From Kofleriaceae bacterium (lineage in GTDB: Bacteria > Myxococcota_A > Polyangia > Haliangiales > Haliangiaceae), in the NCBI GenBank assembly GCA_046597055.1, contig JBKJLC010000283.1, forward strand, positions 25,180 to 89,179: a stretch of DNA of 64,000 nucleotides, written 5' to 3'. The notes under the pieces were generated by a model that was not told where the DNA came from, made no database searches, and was given only the letters and a program-made list of their open reading frames with translations. This document shows, piece after piece, positions 37,381 to 47,796 of this stretch; the first letter of the stretch is position 1, and every line of letters begins with the position of its first letter. A program made the position numbers and the translations under genes.

Positions 37381-37686
37381 GAAGCACCGGCGGAGAGCAA
37401 GCGCCTTGCCATGGCTGGAAGTTACATGGTTGCGAAGAGTTGCGGCCACGAACGGCCCGACCATCGTTGCGAATGGCAACGGCCCGACGACCAGCGTCGG
37501 ACTCGCGGACACGACAGCCACGTCGCGGTCGCCCCGGCGGCCCGGGCGTGAGTCTTTTGCACCGGCCGCTGGGACGGCCTCACATTTCCGTGGCGGTACC
37601 TGGTCGCCGGCTCGGGCTTCTCACGGCTTACGGGCGACTCGGACGGTTCCGGACCACGGCACGCCGGTTGCTCTCGGTTCGCGTCC

Positions 37687-38571
37687 ATGCGCCGACCCTC
37701 GCTCGTGCTCGCGCCGCTCGCCTTGCTCGTCCTCCCCACGATGGCCGCCGCGCAGTCGGCCGGGCCCGGCACGGTGCCGGTGGCGGCGGTGCCGGCCATG
37801 CCGGTGGGACCCGGCGCGACGCCGGTGATGGTGGCGCCAGCCGAGCCCACGCCGCCGCGGGTCGGGCTCGATCGCCGGGTCGCCGAGGACGCCGCGGTCG
37901 ACCGCGCCTTTGCCGCACCGACGGCGCTGATCGCCCCGCGCGGCACGTGGACCCTGACCGTGCGCGCCCCGGTCGGCCCGGTGGTCAACGGCCAGATCAG
38001 CTACGCGATCAGCGACCGGCTCGAGCTCGGCCTCGGCACGGTGCTCGTGGCGGCGGAGGAGACCAGCGTCACCTCGCTCCATGCCAAGTTGCAGCTGTGG
38101 CGCTCGTCGCGGGCGGCCCTGGCCGCCTCCCTCGATCTCTACACGGTGCGCGACGCCTACGAAGAGAATCAGCTGCTGATGCCGTCGCTGGTCGCGAGCT
38201 TCTGCGCCGGTGGCGCCGCGTGCCGCACGCTCGTCAACCTGCACCTGACCGGGCTGGCAGCGGCCGGCGAGGACCAGGTGCCGGTGCTGCCCGGCGTCTC
38301 GATCGTCACCGGCGGCCGGACCCAGCTGGTCGGCGAGGCCCACCTCTTCAATGACGAACAGAGCGAGGCGAGCTTCCTGACCGGCTACCTCGGGCTGCGC
38401 TGGCTGAGCGGCCGCTTCGCGGTCGAGGGCGGCCTCGGCTTCTACGCCGACCTGTCGACCGAGGCGATCAACTACGCCGACTGCCCGGCAGATTATTGCC
38501 AGTACGAGGACGACACGGTCGACCCCGAGGTCGTGCCGTGGCCGTTCGTCGGCGTGTCGGCCCGGCTGTAA
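37687..38571 (+). CDS. Secreted hypothetical protein, possible outer-membrane beta-barrel
   Basis: Signal peptide, amphipathic beta-strands and C-terminal PWPFVGVSARL. Confidence 0.65.
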   Translation: MRRPSLVLAPLALLVLPTMAAAQSAGPGTVPVAAVPAMPVGPGATPVMVAPAEPTPPRVGLDRRVAEDAAVDRAFAAPTALIAPRGTWTLTVRAPVGPVVNGQISYAISDRLELGLGTVLVAAEETSVTSLHAKLQLWRSSRAALAASLDLYTVRDAYEENQLLMPSLVASFCAGGAACRTLVNLHLTGLAAAGEDQVPVLPGVSIVTGGRTQLVGEAHLFNDEQSEASFLTGYLGLRWLSGRFAVEGGLGFYADLSTEAINYADCPADYCQYEDDTVDPEVVPWPFVGVSARL

Positions 38572-38636
38572 GGAGCCGTACCCACCGGCCTCCTTGCGCG
38601 GCCGGCGTGCGGGATGCTACGACCGTTGACCCCCGC

Positions 38637-39881
38637 ATGAAGCGCCGCTCGAAGTCCGCGCCCCGGTCGGGCGGCCTCTGGCCGCGGAAGCGCCGGCGTG
38701 CGCTGCCGGCGGGTGGCGGCTCGGTCGATCTGCTGGCCGGTCCCCAGCCGCACGCGGCCGAGAACAACCCGCGGGTGGTCGGCTCGGGCGAGCAGGCCTT
38801 CCAGCGCATCGTCGAGCGGGTCCGCGACGCCGAGCGTTCGATCGAGATCCGCGCCTTCCTGTGGCGGGACGACGACGCCGGCAACGTGCTCGGCGAGGCG
38901 GTGCTCGCCGCCGCCCAGCGCGGCGTCCAGGTGACGATCCACAAGGATCGCATCGCGGCGGTCTACGAATACGCCGGCGGCAACAAGCAGAGCTTCTTCC
39001 ACAAGCGGGTCGATCCGATCCGCGGCGTCCAGGCCTGGTTCCTCGGCGCGGTGTTCCGGAAGAAGGGCTCGTTCAAGCAGCGGCCCAACCCGCTCGCCGA
39101 CGCGGTGCTGGCCCACCCCAACATCACGGTCGGGCACCGGCTCAAGCGCTTCGATCACTCCAAGATCTACATCGTCGACGACGGCTGGATCTGCCTGGGC
39201 TCGATGGGGGTGGGCGACAACCACCGCCACGACTGGGTCGACCTGATGGTCGAGCTCGACGGCGCCGATCACGTCGCCCGGCTGCGCCAGCGCATGAACG
39301 GCGAGGACGAGTTCGATCCCTCGCGCGGCATCGACTTCCTGGTCCACAGCCGGAGCGCCCACCGCCCGCGGACCTGCCCGATGCTGACCCACCGGCTCGC
39401 GCTGCTCGACTCGGCCAAGGAGTCGCTGACGATCGAGATGGCGTACCTGGGCGACCGCCGGTTCACCCAGGCGCTCGCCCGCGCGGTCAACCGCGGCGTC
39501 GAGGTCACGCTGGTCACCGCGGCCAAGGCCGACGTCCTCGGCAACGTCAACCGCGCGACCTGCGACACGCTGCGCCGCCTGACCGGCGCGCCCGATCACC
39601 TGCGCGTCATCTTGCTGCCGCGCATGGTGCACTCGAAGGTCGTGATCATCGACCGCCGGGTGGTCGACATCGGCTCGGCCAACTTCACGCGCCTGTCGCA
39701 CGGCGTCTACGACGAGATCAACCTCTACGCCGATCACCCGGCGTTCGCGCAGCAGGTCGAGGCCGAGATCGCGCGCCACTGCGTCGAGGGCGTGGTGGTC
39801 GACGATCGGCTCGGCTATCGCCGGCTGGCCGGTCAGTTCGAGAACGCGATCATGGCGTTCCAGTCGCGGCGAGGCGGCTGA
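38637..39881 (+). CDS. Phospholipase D / cardiolipin synthase-like protein
   Basis: Two HxKxxxxD motifs (HSKIYIVD, HSKVVIID), GSMG and GSANF. Confidence 0.9.
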   Translation: MKRRSKSAPRSGGLWPRKRRRALPAGGGSVDLLAGPQPHAAENNPRVVGSGEQAFQRIVERVRDAERSIEIRAFLWRDDDAGNVLGEAVLAAAQRGVQVTIHKDRIAAVYEYAGGNKQSFFHKRVDPIRGVQAWFLGAVFRKKGSFKQRPNPLADAVLAHPNITVGHRLKRFDHSKIYIVDDGWICLGSMGVGDNHRHDWVDLMVELDGADHVARLRQRMNGEDEFDPSRGIDFLVHSRSAHRPRTCPMLTHRLALLDSAKESLTIEMAYLGDRRFTQALARAVNRGVEVTLVTAAKADVLGNVNRATCDTLRRLTGAPDHLRVILLPRMVHSKVVIIDRRVVDIGSANFTRLSHGVYDEINLYADHPAFAQQVEAEIARHCVEGVVVDDRLGYRRLAGQFENAIMAFQSRRGG

Positions 39882-40498
39882 TGGCGCGGCCGGCGCCCGA
39901 GGAGACCTCGGCCCGCGCCGAGCGGCGCCGCCAGATCCTCGACGCCGCCCAGGAGGTCTTCGCCGACGCCGGCTACCACGGCGCGTCAATCCACGCGATC
40001 ATCGAGAAGGCCGAGATCGCGCGCGGCACCTTCTACCTGTACTTCGAGAGCAAGGAGGCGGTGTTCGCTGCTGTGCTCGACCAGGCGATGTTCGAGCTGC
40101 GCCGCCGCATCGTCGGCGTCGACATGGCGCCGGGCGCGGCCCCGCCCGAAGACCAGCTCCGCGAGGGCCTGGCCAGCATCGTCGAGCTGTTCGTCACCGA
40201 CCGGCCGCTCGCGATCGTGCTGCTGAGCTCGACCTGGACGCCCGACGCCGAGGCGGCCGCCAAGCTCAAGGCCTTCTACGAGGAGGTCCGGTCGATCATC
40301 GCGCTGTCGCTGGAGCTCGGCATCCAGCTCGGGCTGGTCCGGCCCTGCCATCCCCAGCGCACCGCGGCCGCGCTGCTCGGGCTGGTCCGCGGCATCATCG
40401 AGCACTGCGTGTCGACGCCGCTGACCGAGCCGATCCACGACGTGACCCGCGAGATGGTCGACGTCGCGCTGCGCGGCGTCATCACCCGCGGCGGGTGA
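39881..40498 (+). CDS. TetR/AcrR-family regulator
   Basis: ILDAAQEVFADAGYHGASI...IARGTFYLYFESKE. TGATG overlap with the PLD gene. Confidence 0.92.
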   Translation: MARPAPEETSARAERRRQILDAAQEVFADAGYHGASIHAIIEKAEIARGTFYLYFESKEAVFAAVLDQAMFELRRRIVGVDMAPGAAPPEDQLREGLASIVELFVTDRPLAIVLLSSTWTPDAEAAAKLKAFYEEVRSIIALSLELGIQLGLVRPCHPQRTAAALLGLVRGIIEHCVSTPLTEPIHDVTREMVDVALRGVITRGG

Positions 40499-40631
40499 GC
40501 CGGCTCGCGTCGCGGTCGAGGCCGGCTGCAACAGACCGTTCGCGCGGTGGCACGGGGTCGTGAGGCCGGCGTGGCGGTCGCCTGATTGACATGACCGATC
40601 GCGGGCCCCTACCCTCCGACACCGGGGGGCC

Positions 40632-43600
40632 ATGGGTGAACTTCGCGTGCACGTCGGGACCGGGCGCTATGCCCTCACGAGCAAGCTGGGCGAGGGTGCG
40701 ATGGGCGCGGTCTACCGCGCCGTCGACCGCCTGACTGGCGAGGCGGTCGCGGTCAAGCGGCTGGTGATCCCGCGGGTCAGCGGCGATCCCACGGTGCGGA
40801 TGCGGACCCCGACCCCGGTCGCGGCGACCGTTCTCGCGGTCGGCACCGACGCGCCGACCCTGGTCGCGGCGCCGGTCGGCTCCGACGGTCCGGTCTCGGT
40901 GGCGACCCACGCCGATCGGCCGGCGGCGGCCCCGGCCGTGGCCGACAGCGTGCCGGTGGCCCGGCTCGCGATCGCGACCGAGTTCCGCATCCTCGCCACG
41001 CTACGCCACCCCAACATCATCAGCGTCCTCGACTACGGCTTCGACGACGCCCACGACCCGTACCTCGTTCTCGAGGTGCTCGAGAGCGCGCGCTCGATCA
41101 CCTTGGCCGGTCGCGGCCAGACGCTGCGCACGCGGGTCGGTTACCTCGGACAGCTCCTGCGCGCGCTGCACTACCTGCACCGCCGCGGCATCCGCCACCG
41201 CGACCTCAAGCCGTCGAACGTGATGGTCGCCGACGGACGGGTCCGGGTCCTCGACTTCGGTCTCGCCCTCGAGCATGGCGACCGCCATCACCCGGCCGGG
41301 ACCTACGGCTACATCGCGCCGGAGATCCTGCGTGGGGAGTCCGCGACCGCCAGCTCGGATCTGTGGGCTGCCGGCGTGCTCGCCTACGAGGTGCTGGCCG
41401 GGCGTCATCCGTTCGGGCGCACCGAGGACGAGGTGGTGCACAACGCCGGCCGGGCCGCGCCCGACCTCGTCCTCGACGACCACGAGCTGGGTGCCGCCGG
41501 CACCGCGGCGCTGGTCGACACCGTGCGCCGGCTGCTCGAGAGCCGGCCCGAGGCGCGGCCGTCAACCGCGGCGCAGGCGCTGCGACTGCTGGCGCGGACC
41601 GGGGTGCTCGACGCGCTTGAGGACGACGAGGTCCGGCGCAGCCTGGTCACCGGGGCGCGCCTGGTCGGACGCAGCGCGGAGCGGGCCCGGCTGCGGGCCG
41701 CGCTGGCCCGGGCCCGCCAGGGCCGGGGCGGCGTGGTGGTGATCGCGGGTGAACTCGGCAGCGGCAAGTCGCGCCTGATCGACGACCTGCGCACGCACGC
41801 GCTGGTCAGCGGCTGCACGGTCGTGCAGGGCAGCGAGGTCGAAGCCGGTGGCCACGCCTACCATGGCTGGCGCGCGCCGCTGCGTCGGCTGGTGCTCGAG
41901 CTGACCGCGGGGGCGCCGGTGCCATGGCCATTCCTCGCGCTGATCATCCCCGACCTCGGCGAGCTGCTCGGCACCGGGCCGCTGGCGCCGCCGCCGCTCG
42001 ATCCCCAGACGTTGCAGCTCGCGCTCATGAGCGCGGTCGAGGCGCTGGTGCGCAGCCTGGCCGGGCCGATCGTGATCGTCCTCGACGATCTGCACTGGGC
42101 CGGCGGCGAGAGCCTGGCGCTGCTTGGCTGGCTGAGCCGGGTCGCGGCCGAGACGCCGCTGCTGATCGTCGCGACCGCACGGCCCGACGCCGTCGCTGCG
42201 ATCGCCGGTCCTGGCGTCGACGTGATCGCGCTGGCGCGCTTGACCCGCGCCGATCTCGAGGAGCTGGCGGTCGCCGTGCTGGGACCGCTCGGCGCGCGCG
42301 CCGACCTGGTCGACCTGCTCGAGCACGGCACCGGCGGGGTCCCGCTCTACGTCGGCGAGGCGCTGCGCCTGCTGGCCGCGCAGGCCGGCAGCGTCGACGA
42401 GGTCGGCACCATGCGGCTGCCGGCGAGCCTCGCGATCGACGTGCTCGACCGCGCGCTCGACGAGCGGCTGGCCCGGATCCCGCCGGCCGCGCGGCCGGTG
42501 ATCGAGCTGGCGGCGACCCTCGGTGAGCAGGTCGACCTCGAGCTGATCGCCGCGATCGCGCCCGAGCTCGAGCTCGCCGGCGCGCTCGCCGCTGCCGAGC
42601 AGGCCGGCGTGGTCGCGGCCGCGGTCGGCGGCTGGTCGTTCAGCCACGAGCGGGTCCGCCAGGTCCTGCTCGACGGGCTCCCCCTCGAGCGGCGACGCGC
42701 GCTGCACCGGCAGGTCGCGGTCCACCTCGATGCCGCCGGTCGCGATCCGGTCGCGCTCGCTCATCACTGGGGCCAGGCCGGCGATCGCGAGCGCGAGGGC
42801 ACCTGGGTCGCGGCCGCCGGCGAGACGCTGCTCACCCGCGCCGCGTATCCGCGGGCGCTGGCCTGCTTCGAGCGCGCGCTGGTGCTGTTGCCCGCGCGCG
42901 ACCTGCCGTCGGCCGAGCGCGATCGCGCCGAGCTCGGCATCCAGCTCGGGGTCGGCACCTGCGCCCTGGTCATGCACGGCGTCGTCGCGGCCGCGACCAC
43001 CGCCGCCTACGATCGGGCCGCCGCGCTGTGCGAGACCCTGGGCGTCGCCGGCGGCGCCCAGGCCTTTCAGGTCCTGTTCGGCCAGTCGGCCGTGCACCTG
43101 TTCCGCGGCGACCCCCGCGCGTCGGGCCAGCTCGCCACCCGCGCGCTCGCGGTCGCGCGCGAGGCCCGCGACGTCGATCTCGAACTCGAGGCTCGGTTCG
43201 CGCTGTCGAATGCCGAGTTCTGGTCGGGCGAGCTCGCGTCGTGCGAGCGCAACGTCCAGCGCGTGATCGCCCTGTGGCCCCCGGACCGCGCGCCCTTGCA
43301 CGCCGAGCGGTTCGGCCAGATCCCGCGGGTGACCTGCATGACCGGCGGCGCCTGGGGCGCCTGGGTGAGCGGCCGCCCCGACACCGCGCTGGCGCGGGCC
43401 GAGGAGGCGGTGGTGATCGCCCGCAGCCACGGCCATGGCTTCTCGGAGGCGATCGCGGTGCAGATCGTCGCGTTCGTGCGCGCGCTGCGCCGCGACGTCG
43501 AGGCCACGCTGATCGAGGCCGAGGCGCTCATCCGCTTCGGGGCGCCGTACCCGACCTACATGATCCTGGCCAGCACGCTGCGCGCGTGGGCCCGGGCCCA

Positions 43601-44075
43601 GCGCGAGCGCGACCCGCAATACCTCGACGACATGCTGGTGGCCTGGAACCAGTGGCGTGCGATGGGGCAGGGCGGCGCGCACTCGCTGATGTCGAGCCTG
43701 CTCGCCGACGCGCACCTGCTGTTCGGCCGCCCGGCTGACGCGCTCGAGGTCGCGCGCGACTGCATCGCGTGGATCGGCCACAGCGGCGAGCGCGTGCTGC
43801 TCGCCGACCTGCAGCGGCTCGAGGGCGAGGCGCTGCGGGCGCTCGGCGACCTGCCGGCGGCCCGCGCCGCGTTCGCGACCGCGCTGGCGACCGCCGAGCA
43901 GCTCGGCGCCGACTCGCTGGGCCTGCGCACCGCGGTGGCGTGGGCGGCCCTCGAGCACGCAAGCGGCGACACCACCGAGGCCCGCGCGATCTTGATCCCG
44001 GCCCTCGGCCGCATGCGCGAGGGCGCCGACACCGTCGATCAGCGACTCGGCCAGCGCTTGCTGGCCGCGCTGTGA
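40632..44075 (+). CDS. Ser/Thr kinase-AAA ATPase-TPR protein
   Basis: GEGAMG, VAVK, HRDLKPSN, DFG, GTYGYIAPE; Walker A GELGSGKS; LDDLHW. Confidence 0.92.
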   Translation: MGELRVHVGTGRYALTSKLGEGAMGAVYRAVDRLTGEAVAVKRLVIPRVSGDPTVRMRTPTPVAATVLAVGTDAPTLVAAPVGSDGPVSVATHADRPAAAPAVADSVPVARLAIATEFRILATLRHPNIISVLDYGFDDAHDPYLVLEVLESARSITLAGRGQTLRTRVGYLGQLLRALHYLHRRGIRHRDLKPSNVMVADGRVRVLDFGLALEHGDRHHPAGTYGYIAPEILRGESATASSDLWAAGVLAYEVLAGRHPFGRTEDEVVHNAGRAAPDLVLDDHELGAAGTAALVDTVRRLLESRPEARPSTAAQALRLLARTGVLDALEDDEVRRSLVTGARLVGRSAERARLRAALARARQGRGGVVVIAGELGSGKSRLIDDLRTHALVSGCTVVQGSEVEAGGHAYHGWRAPLRRLVLELTAGAPVPWPFLALIIPDLGELLGTGPLAPPPLDPQTLQLALMSAVEALVRSLAGPIVIVLDDLHWAGGESLALLGWLSRVAAETPLLIVATARPDAVAAIAGPGVDVIALARLTRADLEELAVAVLGPLGARADLVDLLEHGTGGVPLYVGEALRLLAAQAGSVDEVGTMRLPASLAIDVLDRALDERLARIPPAARPVIELAATLGEQVDLELIAAIAPELELAGALAAAEQAGVVAAAVGGWSFSHERVRQVLLDGLPLERRRALHRQVAVHLDAAGRDPVALAHHWGQAGDREREGTWVAAAGETLLTRAAYPRALACFERALVLLPARDLPSAERDRAELGIQLGVGTCALVMHGVVAAATTAAYDRAAALCETLGVAGGAQAFQVLFGQSAVHLFRGDPRASGQLATRALAVAREARDVDLELEARFALSNAEFWSGELASCERNVQRVIALWPPDRAPLHAERFGQIPRVTCMTGGAWGAWVSGRPDTALARAEEAVVIARSHGHGFSEAIAVQIVAFVRALRRDVEATLIEAEALIRFGAPYPTYMILASTLRAWARAQRERDPQYLDDMLVAWNQWRAMGQGGAHSLMSSLLADAHLLFGRPADALEVARDCIAWIGHSGERVLLADLQRLEGEALRALGDLPAARAAFATALATAEQLGADSLGLRTAVAWAALEHASGDTTEARAILIPALGRMREGADTVDQRLGQRLLAAL

Positions 44076-44145
44076 CCGCGCCGGCGGACGCCCGCGCGTC
44101 CGCCTCGACCCACCACCGGGCGCTCGGCCCGGAGAGGATCCGCCC

Positions 44146-45276
44146 GTGACGACGAAAGCCAGCACGCTCATCCACCAGGACCTCGAGGACCTCCTCGCCG
44201 GCGCGACCTTGCTCGGCGCCGGCGGCGGCGGCCCCCGCGTGGTCGGCCAGCAGATCCTCGACGCGCTGGTCGCGAAGGGCACCCTGCCGACGCTGATCGC
44301 GCCGGCCGACCTCGCGCCGGGCGCGTGGGGCGCGGTGTCCGCCTTCGCCGGCTCGCCCGACGCCGCCTCGACCGGTCCGTTCGACTGGTCGCCCGCGACC
44401 CGCGCGTTCGCCGCGATGGCGGCCTGGGGCGCGAGCGCCGGCAAGCCGATGACCTTCGTGGTGCCGGTCGAGCTCGGCGGCGGCAACTCCTTCATCCCGC
44501 TCGCGGTGGCCGCCTCGCTGACGCCGCCGCTCCCGGTGGTCGACGGCGCCGGCGCGCGTCGGGCGGTCCCCGACCTCGGCGAGCTGTCGTTCGCGGCGCC
44601 ACCGGCGGTGCCGGTGTCGCCGATGATGCTGGCGTCGCCGACCGATCAGATGACGGTCGAGGTCTCGAGTGCGGCGGTCGCCGACAACGTGCTGCGTGCG
44701 GTGGTCAGCGCCGGCGGCTTCGACGAGGAGGCCGGGATCGCGCTGTGGCCGATGACCGGCGCCACCGCGGTCACCGCCGTGGTCGCGGGTACCACCCGCT
44801 ACGCGCTCGGCCTGGGCACGGTGCTGCGCATGGCGCCGCCCGGCGGCGCGGTCGCGGCCGCGGTCGAGTACACCGGCGGCTTCGTGCTCGGCCGCGGCAC
44901 GATCAGCGCGGTCAGCGCGCAGACCGAGGGCGGCTTCGACCTCACCACCATCGTCGTCACCTGCGCCGGCGGCACCGAGCTGCGCGTGTTCGCCCAGAAC
45001 GAGAACCTCATCGTCTACAGCTCGGCCTCGCCCACGCCGCTCGGCATGGCGCCCGACCTGCTGTGCTGGCTCACGCCGCAGGGCCGGGCGTTTTCGAACG
45101 CCGACCCCGAGCTCGCGGTCGGCACCGAGTGCGTCCTGCTCGGCCTGCCGGCGCTGGCCGGCATGCGGACCCGGTTCTTCCTCCAGCAGTGGATCGCCAA
45201 CCTCCGCGCGGGCGGCTACGGCGGCCCCTACGTTCCGATCGAGGAGCTCGCCGGGGCCACGGCCCGCTCGGACTGA
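44146..45276 (+). CDS. DUF917 family protein
   Basis: GATLLGAGGGG, PVELGGGNS, VDGAGARRAVP, QNENL and APDLLC. Confidence 0.85.
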   Translation: MTTKASTLIHQDLEDLLAGATLLGAGGGGPRVVGQQILDALVAKGTLPTLIAPADLAPGAWGAVSAFAGSPDAASTGPFDWSPATRAFAAMAAWGASAGKPMTFVVPVELGGGNSFIPLAVAASLTPPLPVVDGAGARRAVPDLGELSFAAPPAVPVSPMMLASPTDQMTVEVSSAAVADNVLRAVVSAGGFDEEAGIALWPMTGATAVTAVVAGTTRYALGLGTVLRMAPPGGAVAAAVEYTGGFVLGRGTISAVSAQTEGGFDLTTIVVTCAGGTELRVFAQNENLIVYSSASPTPLGMAPDLLCWLTPQGRAFSNADPELAVGTECVLLGLPALAGMRTRFFLQQWIANLRAGGYGGPYVPIEELAGATARSD

Positions 45277-45291
45277 CGTCGCTCGCAACCT

Positions 45292-45342
45292 CCGCTCGTC
45301 CTGAGCCCGAGCGAGCGCAAGCGAGCTCGGCGTCGAAGGACG
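45292..45342. repeat. Palindromic REP-like intergenic element (GTCCTGAGC...GTCGAAGGAC type)
   Basis: CGTCCT/AGGACG and CCGAGC/GCTCGG stems with a CGCAAGCG cap, between convergent genes. Single copy in this window. Confidence 0.5.
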
Positions 45343-45430
45343 CCCAGGGGGGCGGTGGGGTGCCGCGATCCGCTCGTCCCCGTCGGTCCGAGGGCCGCCA
45401 TCCGCCTTCGAGGCCGTCGGCGCGGGCGGG

Positions 45431-47560
45431 TCAGCTCCCGCAGACGCCGGTGATCGCGAGCGACCAGGCCTGGAGCGACCCGGCGTCGCGGGCGGCCAGG
45501 TCCTGGACCTTGAGCCGCCACCCGCCGGTCGACCGCCGACCGTCGAAGACCTTGAGGCCGAGATCGGTCAGGACCACGTCGTCGGCCGAGCCGCCGGTGC
45601 GGTTGTGCACGACGTGCGCGGTGCCGTCGGGCGCGATGAGCGTGATGCGGAGGTCACCCTTGTACGGGTGCTTCACGCGCAGCGACAGCCGGAGCGACGC
45701 GATGGTGCCCGCGCCGCTGACGTTGATCGTCGAGGTCACGCCGAGGGTCCTGCCGTCAGGGATCGCGACCGGCAGCCCGGTGGCCACGAAGCTGCCGCCC
45801 GGGCACACGTTGGCCACGGTCACCGACCGCGCGACCGCGGTCGACGCGCCGCCGTTGTCGTAGGCGCGGACCTCGACCACGTGGGCGCCGTTGGCGACCG
45901 CGCGGCTGTCCCAGCTCGCCTGGTAGGGCGCGCTGGTGTCCTCGACGGTCAGGCCGCCCGGCAGGGTGAACACGACCCGCGCGACCGTGCCATCGGCGTC
46001 GGCCGCGGTCGCGGTGACGTTCACGAGCCCGGCCACCGCGGCGTCCGCGGCCGGCGCGGTGATGGCGACCGTCGGTGGCTGGTTGGTCGGCAGGTTCGCG
46101 CCGAGGGCGGTCACCGCCGCGGCAACGTCGGGCAGCGGGCCGATGTGACCGGGGGTGGTGCCGCCCTGCGCTGTGCCGGTCCGCACCAGCAACTCGCGCA
46201 TCTCGGCCGGCGTCAGGCGCTGGCCCACCCGGGCCACCGCCACCGACTGGACCGCGAGCACGGCGCTGGCCACGATGGGCGTGGCGGCGCTGGTGCCGTT
46301 GAAGTAGCCATAGCGCTGGTGCTTGTCGTCGATCGACGGGCCCAGCCCGCCGTAGCCGGTGGTGGCCACGTCGGTGGCCCACCCCTGCAGGTTGACGCGG
46401 GTCCCGTAGCTGCCGAGGTAGCGACCGTGGACCGCGTCGGCGGTGCCACCGCCGACGATGATCGCGCCGCTGTCACCGCGCGCGCGGTACTCGTCGTAAG
46501 CGGCGCTGTCGAGGTCGGCGTTGCCGTTGCCGGCGGCGGCCACCACGATCACGCCCTTGTCGGTCGCGCTCTTCACGATCGTCCACACCGCCGGGTCGTA
46601 CTCGGCCGGGACCAGCTCGTTGTCGACGCCGTACGCCTGCATCTCGAGCATGACCACGTCGCCGGGCTGTGACGCGGTCACCGCCGCGGCGATCGCCGCG
46701 CTGCGCCGGAAGCCGCCCTCGACGGTCCACTCGGGATACGTGTACAGGTCGGCGTCCGGCGCGAGCCCGCTCACGCCGTAGCCGTTGACCACGCCCGAGG
46801 TGATGCCGGCGACCGCGGTGCCGTGCTCGTCCCAGCCGTTGGTGGCGACGTCCGGGGCCGGGGTCTGGCCCGGCTCGGGATGGAGGTCGCGGTCCATCAG
46901 GTCCTCGTGGGCCGGGTTCCAGCCGTACTCGACGTCCGAAAGCCGGACACCGGCGCCGCGCGCACCGAGCGCCCAGGCGCCGTCGATGTCGACGCCGGTC
47001 GCGCTGCCGCGGTAGGTCTGGAGCGGGACCAGGTCGGCGGTCGCCGGCGCGATGTCGCCGGGCGGCGGCACCTGCAGCCGCTCGATCCACGCGAGCTCGA
47101 CCTCGGGCAGCCGCTGCAGCTCCTCGACGATCCGGTCGAGGCCGGCGACGGTGACCCCGGGCCCGTCGACGATCATGAAACCGGCGAGATCGGGCTGCGC
47201 GGTCCCCGACGCGGTCGCCGCGTCCTGCGCCAACCGGTCGAGCTCGGCGTCGGCCAGCGGGATGAGCGGCGTGAAGCGGAGCCGCTGGCGAGCGGCGAGG
47301 GCGTGGGTGCCGGTCTCGCCCTCGGCGAGTGACACCTGACCCGCGCGCGCGCGCGCCTGCACCTCGTCGCGGAACTTCACGACCACCCGCGCCGGCCCGG
47401 TCGGCGCCGCGCCGATCGGCGCGCGCGGCAGCGGCGTGCGCGGCTTCAGCGTGGAGGTCGTGGGATCGTCGTGGGTCTCGACACAGCCGGCGAGGAGGGA
47501 TGCGGAGGCAAGGAGGAGGGTTGGCAGCGAGCGGAGGGAGGCGCGACGGCGGTGGTTCAC
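45431..47560 (-). CDS. Subtilase (S8) lipoprotein with bacterial Ig-like and P-proprotein convertase domains
   Basis: Lipobox LLAGC, D in DVEYG, HGTAVAG, AAAGNG, GTSAATP; NQPPTVAITAP (Ig); HPYKGDLRITLIAPDG (P domain). Confidence 0.92.
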   Translation of the reverse strand: MNHRRRASLRSLPTLLLASASLLAGCVETHDDPTTSTLKPRTPLPRAPIGAAPTGPARVVVKFRDEVQARARAGQVSLAEGETGTHALAARQRLRFTPLIPLADAELDRLAQDAATASGTAQPDLAGFMIVDGPGVTVAGLDRIVEELQRLPEVELAWIERLQVPPPGDIAPATADLVPLQTYRGSATGVDIDGAWALGARGAGVRLSDVEYGWNPAHEDLMDRDLHPEPGQTPAPDVATNGWDEHGTAVAGITSGVVNGYGVSGLAPDADLYTYPEWTVEGGFRRSAAIAAAVTASQPGDVVMLEMQAYGVDNELVPAEYDPAVWTIVKSATDKGVIVVAAAGNGNADLDSAAYDEYRARGDSGAIIVGGGTADAVHGRYLGSYGTRVNLQGWATDVATTGYGGLGPSIDDKHQRYGYFNGTSAATPIVASAVLAVQSVAVARVGQRLTPAEMRELLVRTGTAQGGTTPGHIGPLPDVAAAVTALGANLPTNQPPTVAITAPAADAAVAGLVNVTATAADADGTVARVVFTLPGGLTVEDTSAPYQASWDSRAVANGAHVVEVRAYDNGGASTAVARSVTVANVCPGGSFVATGLPVAIPDGRTLGVTSTINVSGAGTIASLRLSLRVKHPYKGDLRITLIAPDGTAHVVHNRTGGSADDVVLTDLGLKVFDGRRSTGGWRLKVQDLAARDAGSLQAWSLAITGVCGS

Positions 47561-47796
47561 GGGACCGCACTACTAGCGCGGGCAACGTAAGCTGCAAACC
47601 GTTCGTGAGCGGCAATCGCGCGCGACGTGCACGGCGCACACTCGAATGCGCGGATTGCGCAAGAGCTCGTGCGCGATCTGAACATCGCGGGCGCTGGCAA
47701 AGCGCGCCCAATGCCGGCACGCGCCGCTCGCTGCCAGGTCTTGCCGCCCTACGCGCGGCGACGGCAGCAGGCCGGCGTGACCCCGACGGAGTCGGG

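Noticed and set aside
37397..37409. GCAAGCGCCTTGC as a LacI/MalR-type operator before malK
   Set aside because: It has one extra base relative to a proper palindrome, and no LacI gene is in the window. Too weak to call.
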